Made by a program: the position numbers and the translations under genes
DNA from: Eledone cirrhosa
Taxonomy: Eukaryota
Length of the DNA: 64,000 nucleotides
Direction of reading: 5' to 3'
NCBI GenBank assembly: GCA_964016885.1
Contig: OZ024742.1
Location: 341,186,001-341,250,000, forward strand
In this document: positions 49,497 to 62,899 of the stretch, one piece after another
Numbering within the stretch: position 1 is the stretch's first letter
Layout: each line of letters starts with the position of its first letter
Notes under the pieces: model-generated
Databases searched by the model: none
What the model saw: only the letters and a program-made list of their open reading frames with translations
Told to the model about the DNA's origin: nothing

Positions 49497-49541
49497 AGTC
49501 ATAGTCCTTTCGTCACACACTCTGTGACCTCTTCAGTGACT
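49497..49541 (-). ncRNA. Type I hammerhead ribozyme, canonical core, in a diverged pLTR remnant (49270-49740)
   Basis: agtca CTGAAGA g gtcaca-gagtg-tgtgac GAAA ggac TA tgact. Confidence 0.88.
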
Positions 49542-49812
49542 GGGGATTCCTTTCTTTGTTTCTGTGCCTTTCCTTTCTTCTATCCTACGCCATTTTGTTT
49601 CCGTGTGTGTGTTGTGTGCTCAGGTTGCGCATGCGCCACATCCGGGTGTCTGTGTGTGTTTGTGTTCATTTATCTATTTGTTTATTTATTTATTTATTTA
49701 TTGTTGGTTGGTTGTTTGTTCTATGTGTGTGTGTGTTTTCATATACGTATATCTATGTATATACATATATGTACACGTATATCTATATACACGTATATAT
49801 ATATATATATAC

Positions 49813-49905
<93 letters not shown>

Positions 49906-49911
<6 letters not shown>

Positions 49912-51910
49912 AGGATTAGCCAAGATGCAGTGATGGTTAATTACTACACTGGATATGGTTGACGTACGGTAAGAGTTTACTCTACGAGTTATGGAAGAAT
50001 TGTTCAAGAAACTTAGTTCCTGATCCTTCAGTATTCCGGAGTGTATATAAATAATGAATAATAACAGGTAGACATCATAAAAAGGTAGTTTATTCCGTGT
50101 GCTTACAAGTGTTTCCACGGTGGTACTGCAGCCTAGTTCCGCTACGTGCAAATTCACAAGTATTTGCAGAACTCGAATATCCAATGCTGTGACCACTGTT
50201 TCCTCAGAGCAGAATGGTAAATATACAATGTAAAAACCCTTAAGTGGGGTTGTTGGGGAAGATAGAGTGGAACAGGAAGAGAGAAAAGTAGGGAAGATGG
50301 AGAGAGAAGGAAGGATATGCAGGGGTTGGGGAAGTAGGAGAGAGTGGCTTGTAGATATCTTAATCAAAATGTTATGGTAGGGGTTTTATTAGTTACTTTT
50401 GGAGAGATGCGTAGATAGTTGAGGTCGGAATTATTTATTGCCCCAGAGGTCAAGTTCATAGATGTTGAGAGGGAGGTAGGTCAAAGGTGAGAGAGAGAGA
50501 GTGTAATGGATGTAGAGAGAGATATATAGGTAGAGAGGGGACAGATAAAGTATATGTGGTGAGTGAACTTTTGGTTTTGTAGTAGTAATCTAGGAATTGT
50601 ACTGAGTTACCATGTATAGTGATAAGCAGTGTATTGTCTTGTAGTGTGGGGGAGAAGAGAAGGTTGTTAGCTAGAAAGTGGTGTTGTAGTTACGGGTTCG
50701 AATGTTAAGTTATTTTATAGTGAGAGAATTTAGCTTTTAGTTTGTGGTTGCAGTATAATGATCGTTCAATTCTATCGTTAAGTAGTTTGTTTTGGGATTT
50801 TAGTATGTAAAATAGCTCAAGGTTACATAACCTGCAGTACTTCAAACCACTCCGATATGCATTTGCGCTGGAAAGTATATCCCATTTTAAGGTGAACTGT
50901 TGGTTGTGTTCACGGAGTTGCCAGGTCTTGTTGGCGAGCGTGGTCACAAAACGGTGATTCTGATGTTTGATTGAGAATCGATGACGGTACCAGCGAGATT
51001 TAAACGATGTGGTGGTAGATCCGATATAATACCATTTCTGGTCGTCCGATTCAACCGTGCATTGGTAAACAATGTTGGACTTTAGGCATTCATTCTGCAA
51101 TGGACATCTTTCAGGTAGATGGCAGTTACATGCTTTGTTGTGGGTAGCGGGTATACCATGGATAGGTTGTGATAGCGGTACAGGTGGGTTGTGCAATACT
51201 CGTCTCCCATTTAGTGGTTGGGAGGCAGATATTGCGTTCTGCCCATCTGTTACTAAAATGTTTTGTTTTGTAGAGTTGTTTAATTGCCTTAAGTTAAGTT
51301 TTTTTATGTATGCTTCAAGGTTTCGTGCCGTGGAGTATGATAGTCTAATAGTTTTGGAGTTCAGAATTTTGCTGTACTTATGGGAACTAGGGAAGTGTTT
51401 ATTGATTAATTTAAAGAATGAAAGAGATAGTTTTGTACTAATCGAGGCATTAAAAATAGGATTATACCAGATATACTTTCTACAACGTGATTTATTTGGT
51501 GGTGATCTTCTATTATTAGTATGTCTGGTAGTATAGTGTGTGTGTGCTTGTGTTTTAGTCACCCGGTTACGTATACCTTGATTACGTGTAGAGCTATGTG
51601 TGTTGTGGAAATTACTATCGATGTATTCTATTGTATCCCGGTGGTCAGCATTCCTTAATGCATTATTGTAGTATTCAGCATGTTCGCTAAAAATATCAGA
51701 GTTAGACGATAGGCGAGAGATTCTAAGAGAAATACTCCGGGGAACTGATTTGATCATGGAGAGTGGGTGGTTAGAGTTAAAGTCAATATACGTAAGGTTC
51801 TCATTTACCTTGTGGAAGGGTCGTATCTGTCCGGTATTTAAATTGTGGAAACACTTGTAAGCACACGGAATAAACTACCTTTTTATGATGTCTACCTGTT
51901 ATTATTCATT
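49906..51910 (-). mobile_element. PLE 3' portion (ORF 51845-50705) with long 3' UTR and short inverted pLTR (51845-51910)
   Basis: YIDFNSNHP, RISRLSS, IWYNP, KHFP..H.Y.KI.N..TIRLSYS, CNC....CPLQNECLKSNIVYQC, YIGST. Bases 51845-51910 mirror 50053-50118. Confidence 0.92.
50100..50211 (-). ncRNA. Type I hammerhead ribozyme with ~85-nt domain II
   Basis: tgct CTGAGGA a-acagtggt...accaccgt-g GAAA cacttg TA agca. Confidence 0.82.
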
Positions 51911-51913
51911 CTT

Positions 51914-51946
<33 letters not shown>

Positions 51947-52048
51947 ATATGTATGTATATTTATATATATATATATACGTTTATATATTTATACATTTAT
52001 TTATATATATATATACGTTTATATATATATACGTTGATATATATATAC

Positions 52049-52104
<56 letters not shown>

Positions 52105-52431
52105 GTGTATGTGCGTGTGTGTGTATGTATATATATATGTATGTAAAAGGTACACAGAAATATGAATAATTACTACCATTTGTTACAATTTGAATATATA
52201 TATATATACACACACATGTTTCTATGTATATATATGTATATATATACTTATACATAAACATATGTGTGAGTGTGTCTATCGTGCGTCTCTCTATTGAAAT
52301 TTCTGAGTTGCGAAACAAATCACGAAACATTAATTGCTATTCATCTGTATAAAATCCACAATATACATACATGTATGCGTATGTATATTTATATATATAT
52401 ATATATTCTTATATATATACATTTATACAAA

Positions 52432-52498
<67 letters not shown>

Positions 52499-52506
<8 letters not shown>

Positions 52507-52900
52507 AAATAAAGATGAAATCGAAAATGCAACTGGAGTCTTATTTAAAAAAAAATATATATATTTTTTTTAAATAAGACTCCAGCTGCATTTTCGATTT
52601 AATCTTTTTTTCTTTATACTTTCACTCGTGTAGGACACCTCGGTTATTTTTCATTTTGTAAAAGAAAACCTCACTTTCTTATATATATATATATATATAT
52701 ATGGATGTATATATAATGTATTTTGCAATACACTTTATGCTTAATTAAAAGCATTTTGAAGACCGTAAGCTATTGTTTTAAAGTAGTGACAAATTCACTC
52801 ACTTTGATCTCAGCAAACAATAGCTTACGGTCTTCAAAATGCTTTTAATTAAGCATAAAGTGTATTGCAAAATACATTATATATACATCCATATATATAT
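52499..52900. repeat. Two short fold-back palindromes (52499-52618; 52695-52900)
   Basis: tcgaaaatgcaactggagtcttattta / taaataagactccagctgcattttcga, and gcattttgaagaccgtaagctattgttt / aaacaatagcttacggtcttcaaaatgc. Confidence 0.9.
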
Positions 52901-52919
52901 TGCTATTTCAGAGCTCCAA

Positions 52920-52985
<66 letters not shown>

Positions 52986-52989
52986 CTAT

Positions 52990-53181
52990 TAATAATTGTT
53001 TCTACTTTAGGCACAAGGCCAGCAATTACCCAGTACATTACTGATACTTTATTTTATCGACCCCGTAAGGATGAAAGGCAGAGTCAACCTGGGCAGGATT
53101 TGAACTCAGATCGTAAAGGGACGTAACTAGGCTGGAAAGCATGGCGTTCGACCCTCCACCGATACTGCCAAGCCACCGCCC
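52990..53181 (-). mobile_element. SINE family B, full length, 17-bp TSD
   Basis: TSD tatatactattaataat at 52980-52996 and 53182-53198. Confidence 0.92.
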
Positions 53182-53292
53182 TATATACTATTAATAATGA
53201 GTTCAAATCTCAGGTAGTCCTTTACAATGAAATAGCTCAAAGAAAAAAGTATTTCTGAGCCGTGTAATACAAGTTAATTTATTTAACTTGTA

Positions 53293-53324
<32 letters not shown>

Positions 53325-53453
53325 GTATTTATATATATATGTATATATATTTTTTATATATATATATCCGCTCTGTCTATATATTTATATGCATACCTAT
53401 ACATATATATATAAGTGTGTATATATAAATGTATATATATAGGAAAAAGTATG

Positions 53454-53549
53454 ACCCCAACGGCAGAGCTCAAGCCGTTTCGACGGCTATTTCTGGACTA
53501 AATTAGAATTTTTAGCCTGGTGAATAAATACCCAAACTTGTCAAGAGGT
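53454..53549 (-). ncRNA. Type I hammerhead with U3-A8 core (UUGACAA), GUU site
   Basis: acctc TTGACAA g...c GAAA cggc-ttgagctct-gccg TT ggggt. Confidence 0.75.
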
Positions 53550-54904
53550 ACTTCCTTATATGGGAAGATTGTAGTTGTCAAGATGATTGGTTAAAATTTG
53601 TTGTAAACACAAAAAAGTCTATCATGGCATTTGGTGGGAGGTAGGGGTGGCTGAAGTTGCCTGTAGAACAATAGGGGAGTGAGTGGAGCGGTCAAGCGAT
53701 GAAAGTGATATGTATACAGCAGATTCTAAGCATAGTGTATGAAGTGGAGGAGTGAGGTTATAGAATAGATAAATCGAATGAGAGTAGGAGACAATAAAAG
53801 ATAATAGAAAGAAATACAAAAATATATAAAATTAGATTGTGAGAAATAAATAAAAAAAAATCACAATGCTATCTTACAATTACAGGTTAATAAGTTGAGA
53901 ATAGAAAAAACTTGTAGAAATTGAGTAGTACCAAAACTGATACAAAATTAAAGGGGTTTAACACGTCTGCTATAAGTAGCTAATTCTATCTTAAAATTAC
54001 AGGGGTGGAGGAACTGATGCTATAGAGACCCGATGGGCTGCATCGGGGTAGGCGAAAGGGGGAAAGCAGACGAGGAAGAAAATAGGGGCTTGAAGGAAGT
54101 GATAGGATGAGACAGGCCCTCAAGCGGAGTGACTTCCGTGGGGAGATATCCTTTTATCTAGCTTCCCTTAGCGGAACCAGCAGGCGACACCGCCGCTCAC
54201 GCAGCGTAACGTGGTTCAATCCTCTCCATAATGCCGAGGTGGGAACACCTATCGGGAAAATCTTCTTTAGACTCCTCGAAAAACACTTCCCATTACAACA
54301 CCGCTACCACAACATAATCAACAAAAACACCATCAAACTCTCCTACAGCACCACACCTAACTTCGCACAAAACATCGTCTCCTCAAACAACAAAAAACTC
54401 ACCCCTATGGAAGAAGTAACCTAGACATCAGTGGGGAGCCGTAACTGCCCTGTTAGATCTACGTGCCCCCCCCCCTCCAACAACAAATGCCGAGAACGTA
54501 ATGTGATCTACCAGTGCAACGTGAGGACGGACACCTCCAACAAAGCTTATATAGGATTAACCGCGTGTGACTTCAAGACCCGGCTCTACCAACACCGACA
54601 CACTTTCCGAAACCCGCTCCGGCCACATGCCATTACTCTTTCGGGCCACATCTGGGACCTCCAAAATAATAATATAACCAATCTCACTTGGAGCTTACTG
54701 TCCACAGCTAACTCTTACACGGGAGGACGCCGTCCGTGTAACTTATGCTCGGAGGAAACATTACAAATGGTGTTTTCGAAGGACCAACTCCTAAACAAGA
54801 AAGACGAACTGGTAACCGCATGCAAACACAGATTGCGTAGGACTTACCTCGCCCTCAAACCCCATAACGTCCCGGGTGGGTAGACAAGGGCTGATACCCC
54901 CCGC

Positions 54905-54936
<32 letters not shown>

Positions 54937-55591
54937 TGCCGAATAAGTTAGGGGAAACTCCAGCTTTCATAGGTAGATGTATCTATTTTCTTTTCTTTTC
55001 CTCATTGTCTTCTTCTTCCCCCTGTCTCATCCTATCACTTCCTTCCACCCCCTATTTTCTTCCTCGTCTGTTTTTCCCCTTTCGCCTACCCCAATGCAGC
55101 CCATCGGGCCTCTGTAGCATCAGTTGCCCCACCCCTGTAATTTTAAGATAGAATTAGCCGAATACGTTTTACTAACTACTTATAGCAGACGTGTTAAACC
55201 CCTTTAATTTTGTATCAGTTTTGGTACTACTCAATTTCTACAAGTTTTTTCTATTCTCAACTTATTAACCTGTAATTGTAAGATAGCATTGTGAATTTTT
55301 TTATTAATTTCTCACTATCTAATTTTATATATGTTTTTATTTCTTTCTATTATCTTTTATTGTCTCCTACTCTCATTCGATTTACCTATTCTATAACCTC
55401 CCTCCTCCACTTCATACACTATCCTTAGAATCTGCTGTATACATATCACTTTCAACGCTTGACCGTCCACTCACTCCCTTATTGTTCTACAGGCAACTTC
55501 AGCCACCCCAATGCCATGATAGACTTTTTTAAGTTTACAACAAATTTTAACCAATCCTCTTGACAACTACAATCTTCCCATATAAGGAAGT

Positions 55592-55688
55592 ACCCCCTTG
55601 ACAAGTTCGGCTATTTATTCACCAGGCTAAACATTCTAATTTAGTCCAGAAATAGCCGTCGAAACGGCTTGAGCTCTGCCGTCGGGGT
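55592..55688 (+). ncRNA. Type I hammerhead with U3-A8 core (UUGACAA), GUC site
   Basis: cccc TTGACAA g-tt-cggctattt...aaatagccg-t-c GAAA cggc-ttgagctct-gccg TC gggg. Confidence 0.82.
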
Positions 55689-56055
55689 CATACTTTTTCC
55701 TATTTCCCACTCTACTACCCTAAGTATTGAGTACTCTGGTGCGTTATGGCCCATCTGGTTCCTTACCACGATTCCTTTGTTATATATATATATATTATAA
55801 AATAACAGGGGGTTGGACTGGTGTAAATCCTTGAAAGGTTTATTATACTATGATCATTTCAATGACCGGGTTCAGTATGAATCCGGTGATATCATGAGGT
55901 ATTCGAAATATAACAAAGGAATATAACAGATAAAATCCATGGGGATGAAAATCAGAGACAAGAGGACGACTAACTATTTAGCAGCCTCTACCTCAGTCGG
56001 TCACCCTCCAGTGTTGATTATTAAGTCTACTTATGACCATCTGGTCATATACATT

Positions 56056-56144
<89 letters not shown>

Positions 56145-56933
56145 GTATAAATATATATATGTGTGTGTGTGTGTGTGTATGTATGACAGAGTGTGAGAGT
56201 GTGAGAGTGAGAGAGGTAGAGAGAGTAAAATTGATACCTTGGAAATCCACTTGAGAAATTAAAAAATAAAAATGATGAAAGGGTATATTTAAAAGATCAT
56301 CTGAAATAGCTTCAAAGGATAGAATGAGAAAGTAGCGGTTGTAATTGCTTACGTGATTAAGTGAAACTTCAAGAGCTTTTATCAGGTGCTTCAGTTTCCA
56401 TAAAGTTATATATTCTGTGATCCCATTATTTCATTTTTATTTTTTGTATATACATTGAAGATTAATTTTAAAATATTATAAATGGTCAGCCATTTTGAAT
56501 TTTTTTTCTTTCACTACTTTCACCGTTTCATACATGACCTCGCGATCACAGAAACACTTTCAAACTAAATTTCATACAAGTTACATATGCAGTACGTTAC
56601 ATAAAGTCAATGTTTCTTTTTCATTAAGCTTTTTAGATTTTCAGCTATCTTACAAGATGTTCGTTGCTTAATCTCAAACCACATGAGTGTTTATGGAGGA
56701 GATATTTCATTTATTTTGTGTTGTTTGATTTAAACTCAGTCATGTCATAACTATACGGGGACATTGCTGTCTTGTAAGGAGTTTGTTTTTGCAACACCGT
56801 GGTTCTGGTTTCAGTCACATGTCCTACTGCGCGGACACCTTTCGCCAAGCATCTTCTACTAAAGCCTCGAGATGACCAATGTCTTGAGTGTGGAATTTGA
56901 TAGACGGAAATAACAGAAGTCCATTGTAATTAC

Positions 56934-57023
<90 letters not shown>

Positions 57024-57055
57024 TATATGTTCATTCTGTCATTACAACAGTAGAT

Positions 57056-57139
57056 GTCCGACGAGCTTTTGATTCCAGAGATGGGGCAGATCGATACAGA
57101 TCGAACCTTGAGCTGATCAATAGCGAAACGCGCGTCACC
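57056..57139 (+). ncRNA. Type I hammerhead motif, U4C core
   Basis: gt CCGACGA gcttttgatt...gatcaatagc GAAA cgcgcg TC ac. Confidence 0.72.
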
Positions 57140-57241
57140 AATCAATAAATGTAATGAGGGCTTAACAAATCGTCCTTGTATTATTATATATATATATAAT
57201 AAAAAGGAGAATGTGTTATGTTTTCATTACGTTTATTGAGT

Positions 57242-57326
57242 AGTGACGCACGTTTCGCTATTGATCAGCTCAATGGTCGATCTATATCGATCTAGCCCGA
57301 ATCTGGAATCAAAATCTCGTCGGACC
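57242..57326 (-). ncRNA. Type I hammerhead motif, U4C core (inverted second copy)
   Basis: ggt CCGACGA gattttgatt...gatcaatagc GAAA cgtgcg TC act. A third partial copy starts at ~57354. Confidence 0.72.
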
Positions 57327-57610
57327 TGTTGTGGTAATGACATTACTACACTAACGAAACGTGCGTAACTACTCAATAAACGTAATGAAGACATAACATA
57401 TCGCACTTTTTATTATTATTACACTCTGCTTTGTTCTACGCATCTATACCAACTGGAAACTACACATCGAGTACTCATCTAGTGGACCTACAGTAACTTG
57501 ACGTCACATTCCCTAGATATATATTCCAAGCGTGATACTAATAAGAATTTCTGTTTTCCATCACTGTGTTTGTGTTGTCATTTCTTTAACTATATATATA
57601 TATATATATA

Positions 57611-58408
57611 TCAACTAGAAATTGATTGACATATATATATATATTTAAAATAAACATATGAAACAATCACAGGGGATAATTTGTAAAGTGTGTAATCACA
57701 CATAGCTAGGTACGTAACTAATTAAAGTTTAACTAGAGCTTCAAATATTACCTTTTAAAAAATGATTAATCTTCCTTGTGTATATTTCATTAAAGAAATA
57801 TATTTCAACATTAATCCTTAAAGTCACAGTAGTCAAGTCCCTGATCTTCAGCAAGGGAGAGGATTTAACTATTTGTGTTTACACATCAAATGCAAATCTG
57901 CGAGTGACCCATCGCACGTGTTGCAATTCTAAAACTAATAACAACATGCTAGCGTCATCCCAGTGGCGTGAATAGGGTGATCGACTGCTATAAATAGCAG
58001 CCGAGTCCTTTCAACTGAGTTAGTTCTACAATTAAGGAGCCGTGTATATATCCAAAATTAATTAAATTAAATTAGATTACGGGAGTCATGTCCGAGACAT
58101 GCGCCACACCCACTGTAGAATAAGCTCAAAGATTCCAATGAATAGATCCGAGCATTTTATATCAACTAGAAATTGATTGACATATATATATATTTAAAAT
58201 AAACACATGAAACAATCATAGGGGATAATTTGTAAAGTATGTAATTACACACAGCTAGGTAGGTAACTAATTAAAGTTTAACTAGAGCTTCAATTATTAC
58301 CTTTTAAAAAATTATTAATCTTCCTTGTATATATTTCATTAAAGAAATATATTTCACCATTAATCCGTAAAGTCACAGTAGTAAAGTCCTGGATCTTCAG
58401 CAAGGGAT
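57611..58408 (-). repeat. Tandem 1.45-mer of a 550-bp unit, each copy with an HHR (57774-57856; 58323-58405)
   Basis: tcaactagaaattgattgac occurs at 57612 and 58162. HHR: ccttg CTGAAGA tcc...gga ttaa...ttaat GAAA tata TA caagg (the first copy has CA instead of TA). Confidence 0.85.
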
Positions 58409-58716
58409 ATTTGGATATATAATTTTGGATATATATATATATATATAAAGGGAAAAAATGAAACAAAATTTAATTTCCCACTCTTAGTACGGCTGTTAAC
58501 TAAATATAAGTATGTACACATACATACATAAATGTATACAGACGTACAGTAGTATGTATATATATATACATACATGCACACACATATATATATATATGTA
58601 CGTATGGATTCACCGAACATTTATTATAATGCTCGGTGTGTTTGTAAACAAACATCCCGTATTAAGCCGTAGTGTCTAGCAAACATCGTTGCTCGTTTTT
58701 CAACACTGACAAAGGA

Positions 58717-58759
58717 ACGCTGTACTAGTTTCAAGCTTATTAGCTATCGTCAGCAACGT
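58717..58759 (-). ncRNA. Type I hammerhead ribozyme, canonical core
   Basis: acgttg CTGACGA t-agc-taataa-gct-t GAAA ctag TA cagcgt. Confidence 0.9.
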
Positions 58760-59443
58760 ATACGTTCCTGCCAGATTGTTGAACGTATATACTTACCTTA
58801 TGCATATTAACGGCTGAGTAGCCCAATTTGCAGATCGAGTGGGTTAATCGGCCGGGTGCACCGAAAACGATAAACGGAAAAAATGAAACGAAATTTCATT
58901 TCCCACTCTTAGTACGGCTGTTACTTAAATATAAGTATGTACACGTACATACATATATTTATACAGACGTACAGTAGTATGTATATATATATACATACAT
59001 GCACACATATATATATGTACGTATGGATTCACCGAACATTTATTATAATGCTCGGTGTGTTTGTAAACAAACATCCCGTATTAAGCCGTAGTCTCTAGGA
59101 ACCATCGTTGCTCGTTTGTTCAACACTGACAAAGGAACGAGCATTATAATAAATGTTAGGTGAATCCATACGTACATATATATATGGGTGCATGTCTATA
59201 TATATATATATATATATATACATACTACTGTACGTCTGTATAAATATATGTATGTACGTGTACATACTTATATTTAAGTAACAGCCGTACTAAGTGTGGG
59301 AAATAAAATTTCATTTCATTTTTTTCCGTTTATCGTTTTCGGTGCACCCGGCCGATTAACCCACTCGATATGCAAATTGGGCTACTCAGCCGTTAATATG
59401 CATAAGGTAAGTATATACGTTCAACAATCTGGCAGGAACGTAT

Positions 59444-59486
59444 ACGTTGCTGACGATAGCTAATAAGCTTGAAACTAGTACAGCGT
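59444..59486 (+). ncRNA. Type I hammerhead ribozyme, identical second copy
   Basis: acgttg CTGACGA t-agc-taataa-gct-t GAAA ctag TA cagcgt. Confidence 0.9.
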
Positions 59487-59663
59487 TCCTTTGTCAGTGT
59501 TGAACAAACGAGCAACGTTGTTTGCTAGAGCATTATAATAAATGTTCGGGCATTATAATAAATGTTCGGTGAATCCATACGTAGATGTATATATGTGTGC
59601 ATGTATGTATATATATACATACTACTGTACGTCTGTATACATATATGTATGTACGTGTACATA

Positions 59664-59772
<109 letters not shown>

Positions 59773-60062
59773 GAGGGTGGAGAGAATAAGAAAACTGCGA
59801 AGTTCGGTGTAGTTGTTATAGAGTCCTTTCTTAACAAAGTTGTGATACATATTTCAATGACGATCATGGCTACGTGATTGGTCAAGCCCGTGAAAGTGAC
59901 ATCGAACCTTTTCTTATTCTACATATACTCCGTCACTGACTTACAAATCATATTTGGAAGAAAAAACATGACGTTGAGTGCTTGACGCGAATTGCCTCAT
60001 CTTTGACTGTTTACTGATTGGTGCATTGCATACATGCATACGCTGCCCGTAAGTATATGTGA

Positions 60063-60143
<81 letters not shown>

Positions 60144-60617
60144 GTTGTCTCCCCTTCCCGCTTCGTGTCGCTATGATACTTCCTCAGTCAAAAACTGCTG
60201 GAATTTCAAATTTGGCGGTCATCCGAGGCGAGAGAGAGCTACTTTGCGGACATGATTTTTGACAACGGTAAGAAATTGTTTTCTTATATCAATGTTTAAT
60301 GGGCTTCCACTGATGATTTATAAGTGCCCACCTAAATATATTCTTACATGAATATATATTAGGCTTCTACATAAATTGGAAACATTCTCCCAAACTTGTA
60401 GAAAACTTATAATGAAACAATTGTTTGGAAAGAGAGATATACTTTAACTTTAACTTTAATTATATCTCATAAAATAATACAACTGGTTTTTCCACATTAT
60501 ACATATTGTTAGCACCCCAAACACTTGAATTGGGTTTATATTTTAATATAACCTAATGTTTGTTGAGTGAGATGGTTACCAGTCAGAGTTTAGCTTTAAA
60601 CTATCTCTGTTATTGTA

Positions 60618-60732
<115 letters not shown>

Positions 60733-61148
60733 CACGTTTATATGTGTGCCTATGTCTGTGTTTATATCCCGAAAGTTAGCGATTTGTCAAAAGCTAGATC
60801 GATCAAAGAAGTACCAGAGTCGAAACAAATCACCTCTAGGGAGGATATGGTAGATAGAAATGCCTCCAAGATGTTGAGCCAGCTTGTGTGAGCTTATGTG
60901 TGAGTGTGTATGTATATATATACATATATATATATTGTCAAGGCAGAATTCTAGGAGAAAGAAAACTCTGATATAACACCTGCAACCCTGATGGTATCCA
61001 ATGATGTTGACTTGTGCTTTTTGGTAAATATGTGTGTGTGTGTGTGTGTGTATGTGTGTGTGTGTGTATTTATAAACATCTATATAAATATATTCATATA
61101 TATTATAAACTATATATACGTGTGTATGCATAGATACACACAGAAACC

Positions 61149-61199
<51 letters not shown>

Positions 61200-61315
61200 G
61201 TATATGTAGGTGTGTGGGTGTGTGTGTGTGTATGTATACATGTATGTATGCATGTATGCATGTATGTATGTTTGCATACACACATATATAAAGTATATTA
61301 TATATATAGATATAC

Positions 61316-61369
<54 letters not shown>

Positions 61370-61373
<4 letters not shown>

Positions 61374-61572
61374 AGATCTAAAGATGGTTAAAAGAGTTCC
61401 AAGTATTTTATTATGCGCATTTCAATATATATATGGCAACATTGAGGACCGAGTAAGTTAGATTACAGATATAAAAGACAGCGATAAGCGAAAACCAACC
61501 AAACAGTGAGTGTGTTCTGTTATTAATTCTGGCTATATTACACAAATATGACCCTCCCCAAGTATAACAATA
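61370..61572. mobile_element. Two PLE 3'-end stubs, head to head (61370-61424 mirrors 5182-5236; 61432-61572 matches 3953-4100)
   Basis: Direct sequence matches within the window. Confidence 0.85.
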
Positions 61573-61633
61573 TATATATATATATATATATATATTTATG
61601 TATTTATATATATCTTTATATATATATATATAC

Positions 61634-61693
<60 letters not shown>

Positions 61694-62163
61694 GTTCTGA
61701 AACTTATTTCTATTGATAGTCACTGTTTTGTGGAATGTTGCTCATCATGTAACTACTACGACGTCATCAGTGGTATTCTGGAAACTTTGTATTGTTATAA
61801 AGGAAACCCAACACTGCAATAAACCTTGTTTGCTATTCACCTAGAAATCAGGTGTTTTACAGTGAAGCACTGCTGACAGGGGTGACAATTGTTACCCCTC
61901 TTTGTACTCTCGTTACATGAAGTCTGTCTTTCATATTTAAATATCCTGACCATACAGTGTTATACAGCTGAGCGGAGATGACATACCACTTTTACTTGAA
62001 GTTAATCCCTTCCTTACAATATTCGTAATAAAATATACTGCCTAATATATGAGAACTTGTAGAGATTTCGAAATATAACTAACTTTCTCTTTATTAAACT
62101 GGTATTTGGAAAATAACTTAACAATAACTCTTATATAAAATATGACGGAACGATTTTAGAGAA

Positions 62164-62755
62164 TTAACCCTTTTCCTGTCACATTTCTCATAGCATACTG
62201 CATTTATATTTCAAATATAAAGACTGTGAATTAGCAGAGTCGTTAGAAGGTCGGATAAAATACTTCGGTAGTCATCTCCTCTTTCTGTTCTTTGAGTTCA
62301 AATCTCGCCGAAGTCAACGTTGCCTTTCATCCTTTTGAGGTCGTTAAAAAACGTATCCGTCAAGTATTGACGTCCGTTCTTCCTCTATATTTATTCCTCA
62401 CTTCCATTTTCTCACTTTCTCTATCCTTCTCTGAGAGAAATCTTCTGGAGAGGGAAGGGATCCGCCAGGTTTAGAAATTGCCCTAGAAACGCCGTATGTC
62501 AATGCATTGCCCTTACGACTCCCTCAGGACTTACGGGACCATGCATGCATATTTCAAATAATTTTGAAAATAATCAAGTATTTTCAGGGATCTAGTAACT
62601 TTTCGCTTATTAATTGTCATTTCTAACATAACGTAACGATTCTTGCATTAAATTATGATGGCAGATTTTTAGATAAATATAAACATTTGAATACAAATAA
62701 CTTTGTATTGTAGAAAAGGAGAGGGTGCTAGACAGGTTGGCATCAGAGAGGTTAA
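62164..62755. mobile_element. piggyBac-type MITE containing an old SINE B-related copy (62225-62345)
   Basis: TTAA-cccttt ... agagagg-TTAA ends, degenerate. Confidence 0.5.
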
Positions 62756-62899
62756 TATAGCGTTAATAAAGCTAACTTGAAATAATTGCATTCTGAGGTA
62801 AAACCTATGTTATTTTATGGATTACGACATAAAACCGTTGATATTTTACACTCTATTGACCTACAAAGTAGAGTATAGACTTCAGTATGATTGAAATGT

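Larger units (their letters stand above)
53441..55785 (+). mobile_element. PLE GIY-YIG fragment (54107-54883) with 3' UTR and ~660-bp inverted pLTR (53441-54105 mirrors ~55035-55702)
   Basis: VTWFNP, KHFP..H.Y..I.NKNTIKLSYS, C...NVIYQC, YIGLT...FK.R...H, CNLC.EE. The long inverted arms are visible directly. Confidence 0.92.

Noticed and set aside
55860-55900. Hairpin ccgggttca-gta-tgaatccgg with flanking aatga/gata
   Set aside because: Both core strands deviate from an HHR and stem I is absent.
60142-60275. GC-richer island ending in CG|GTAAGA, a possible host exon
   Set aside because: No recognisable protein, clear acceptor or partner exon supports it, so it cannot be called without RNA data.
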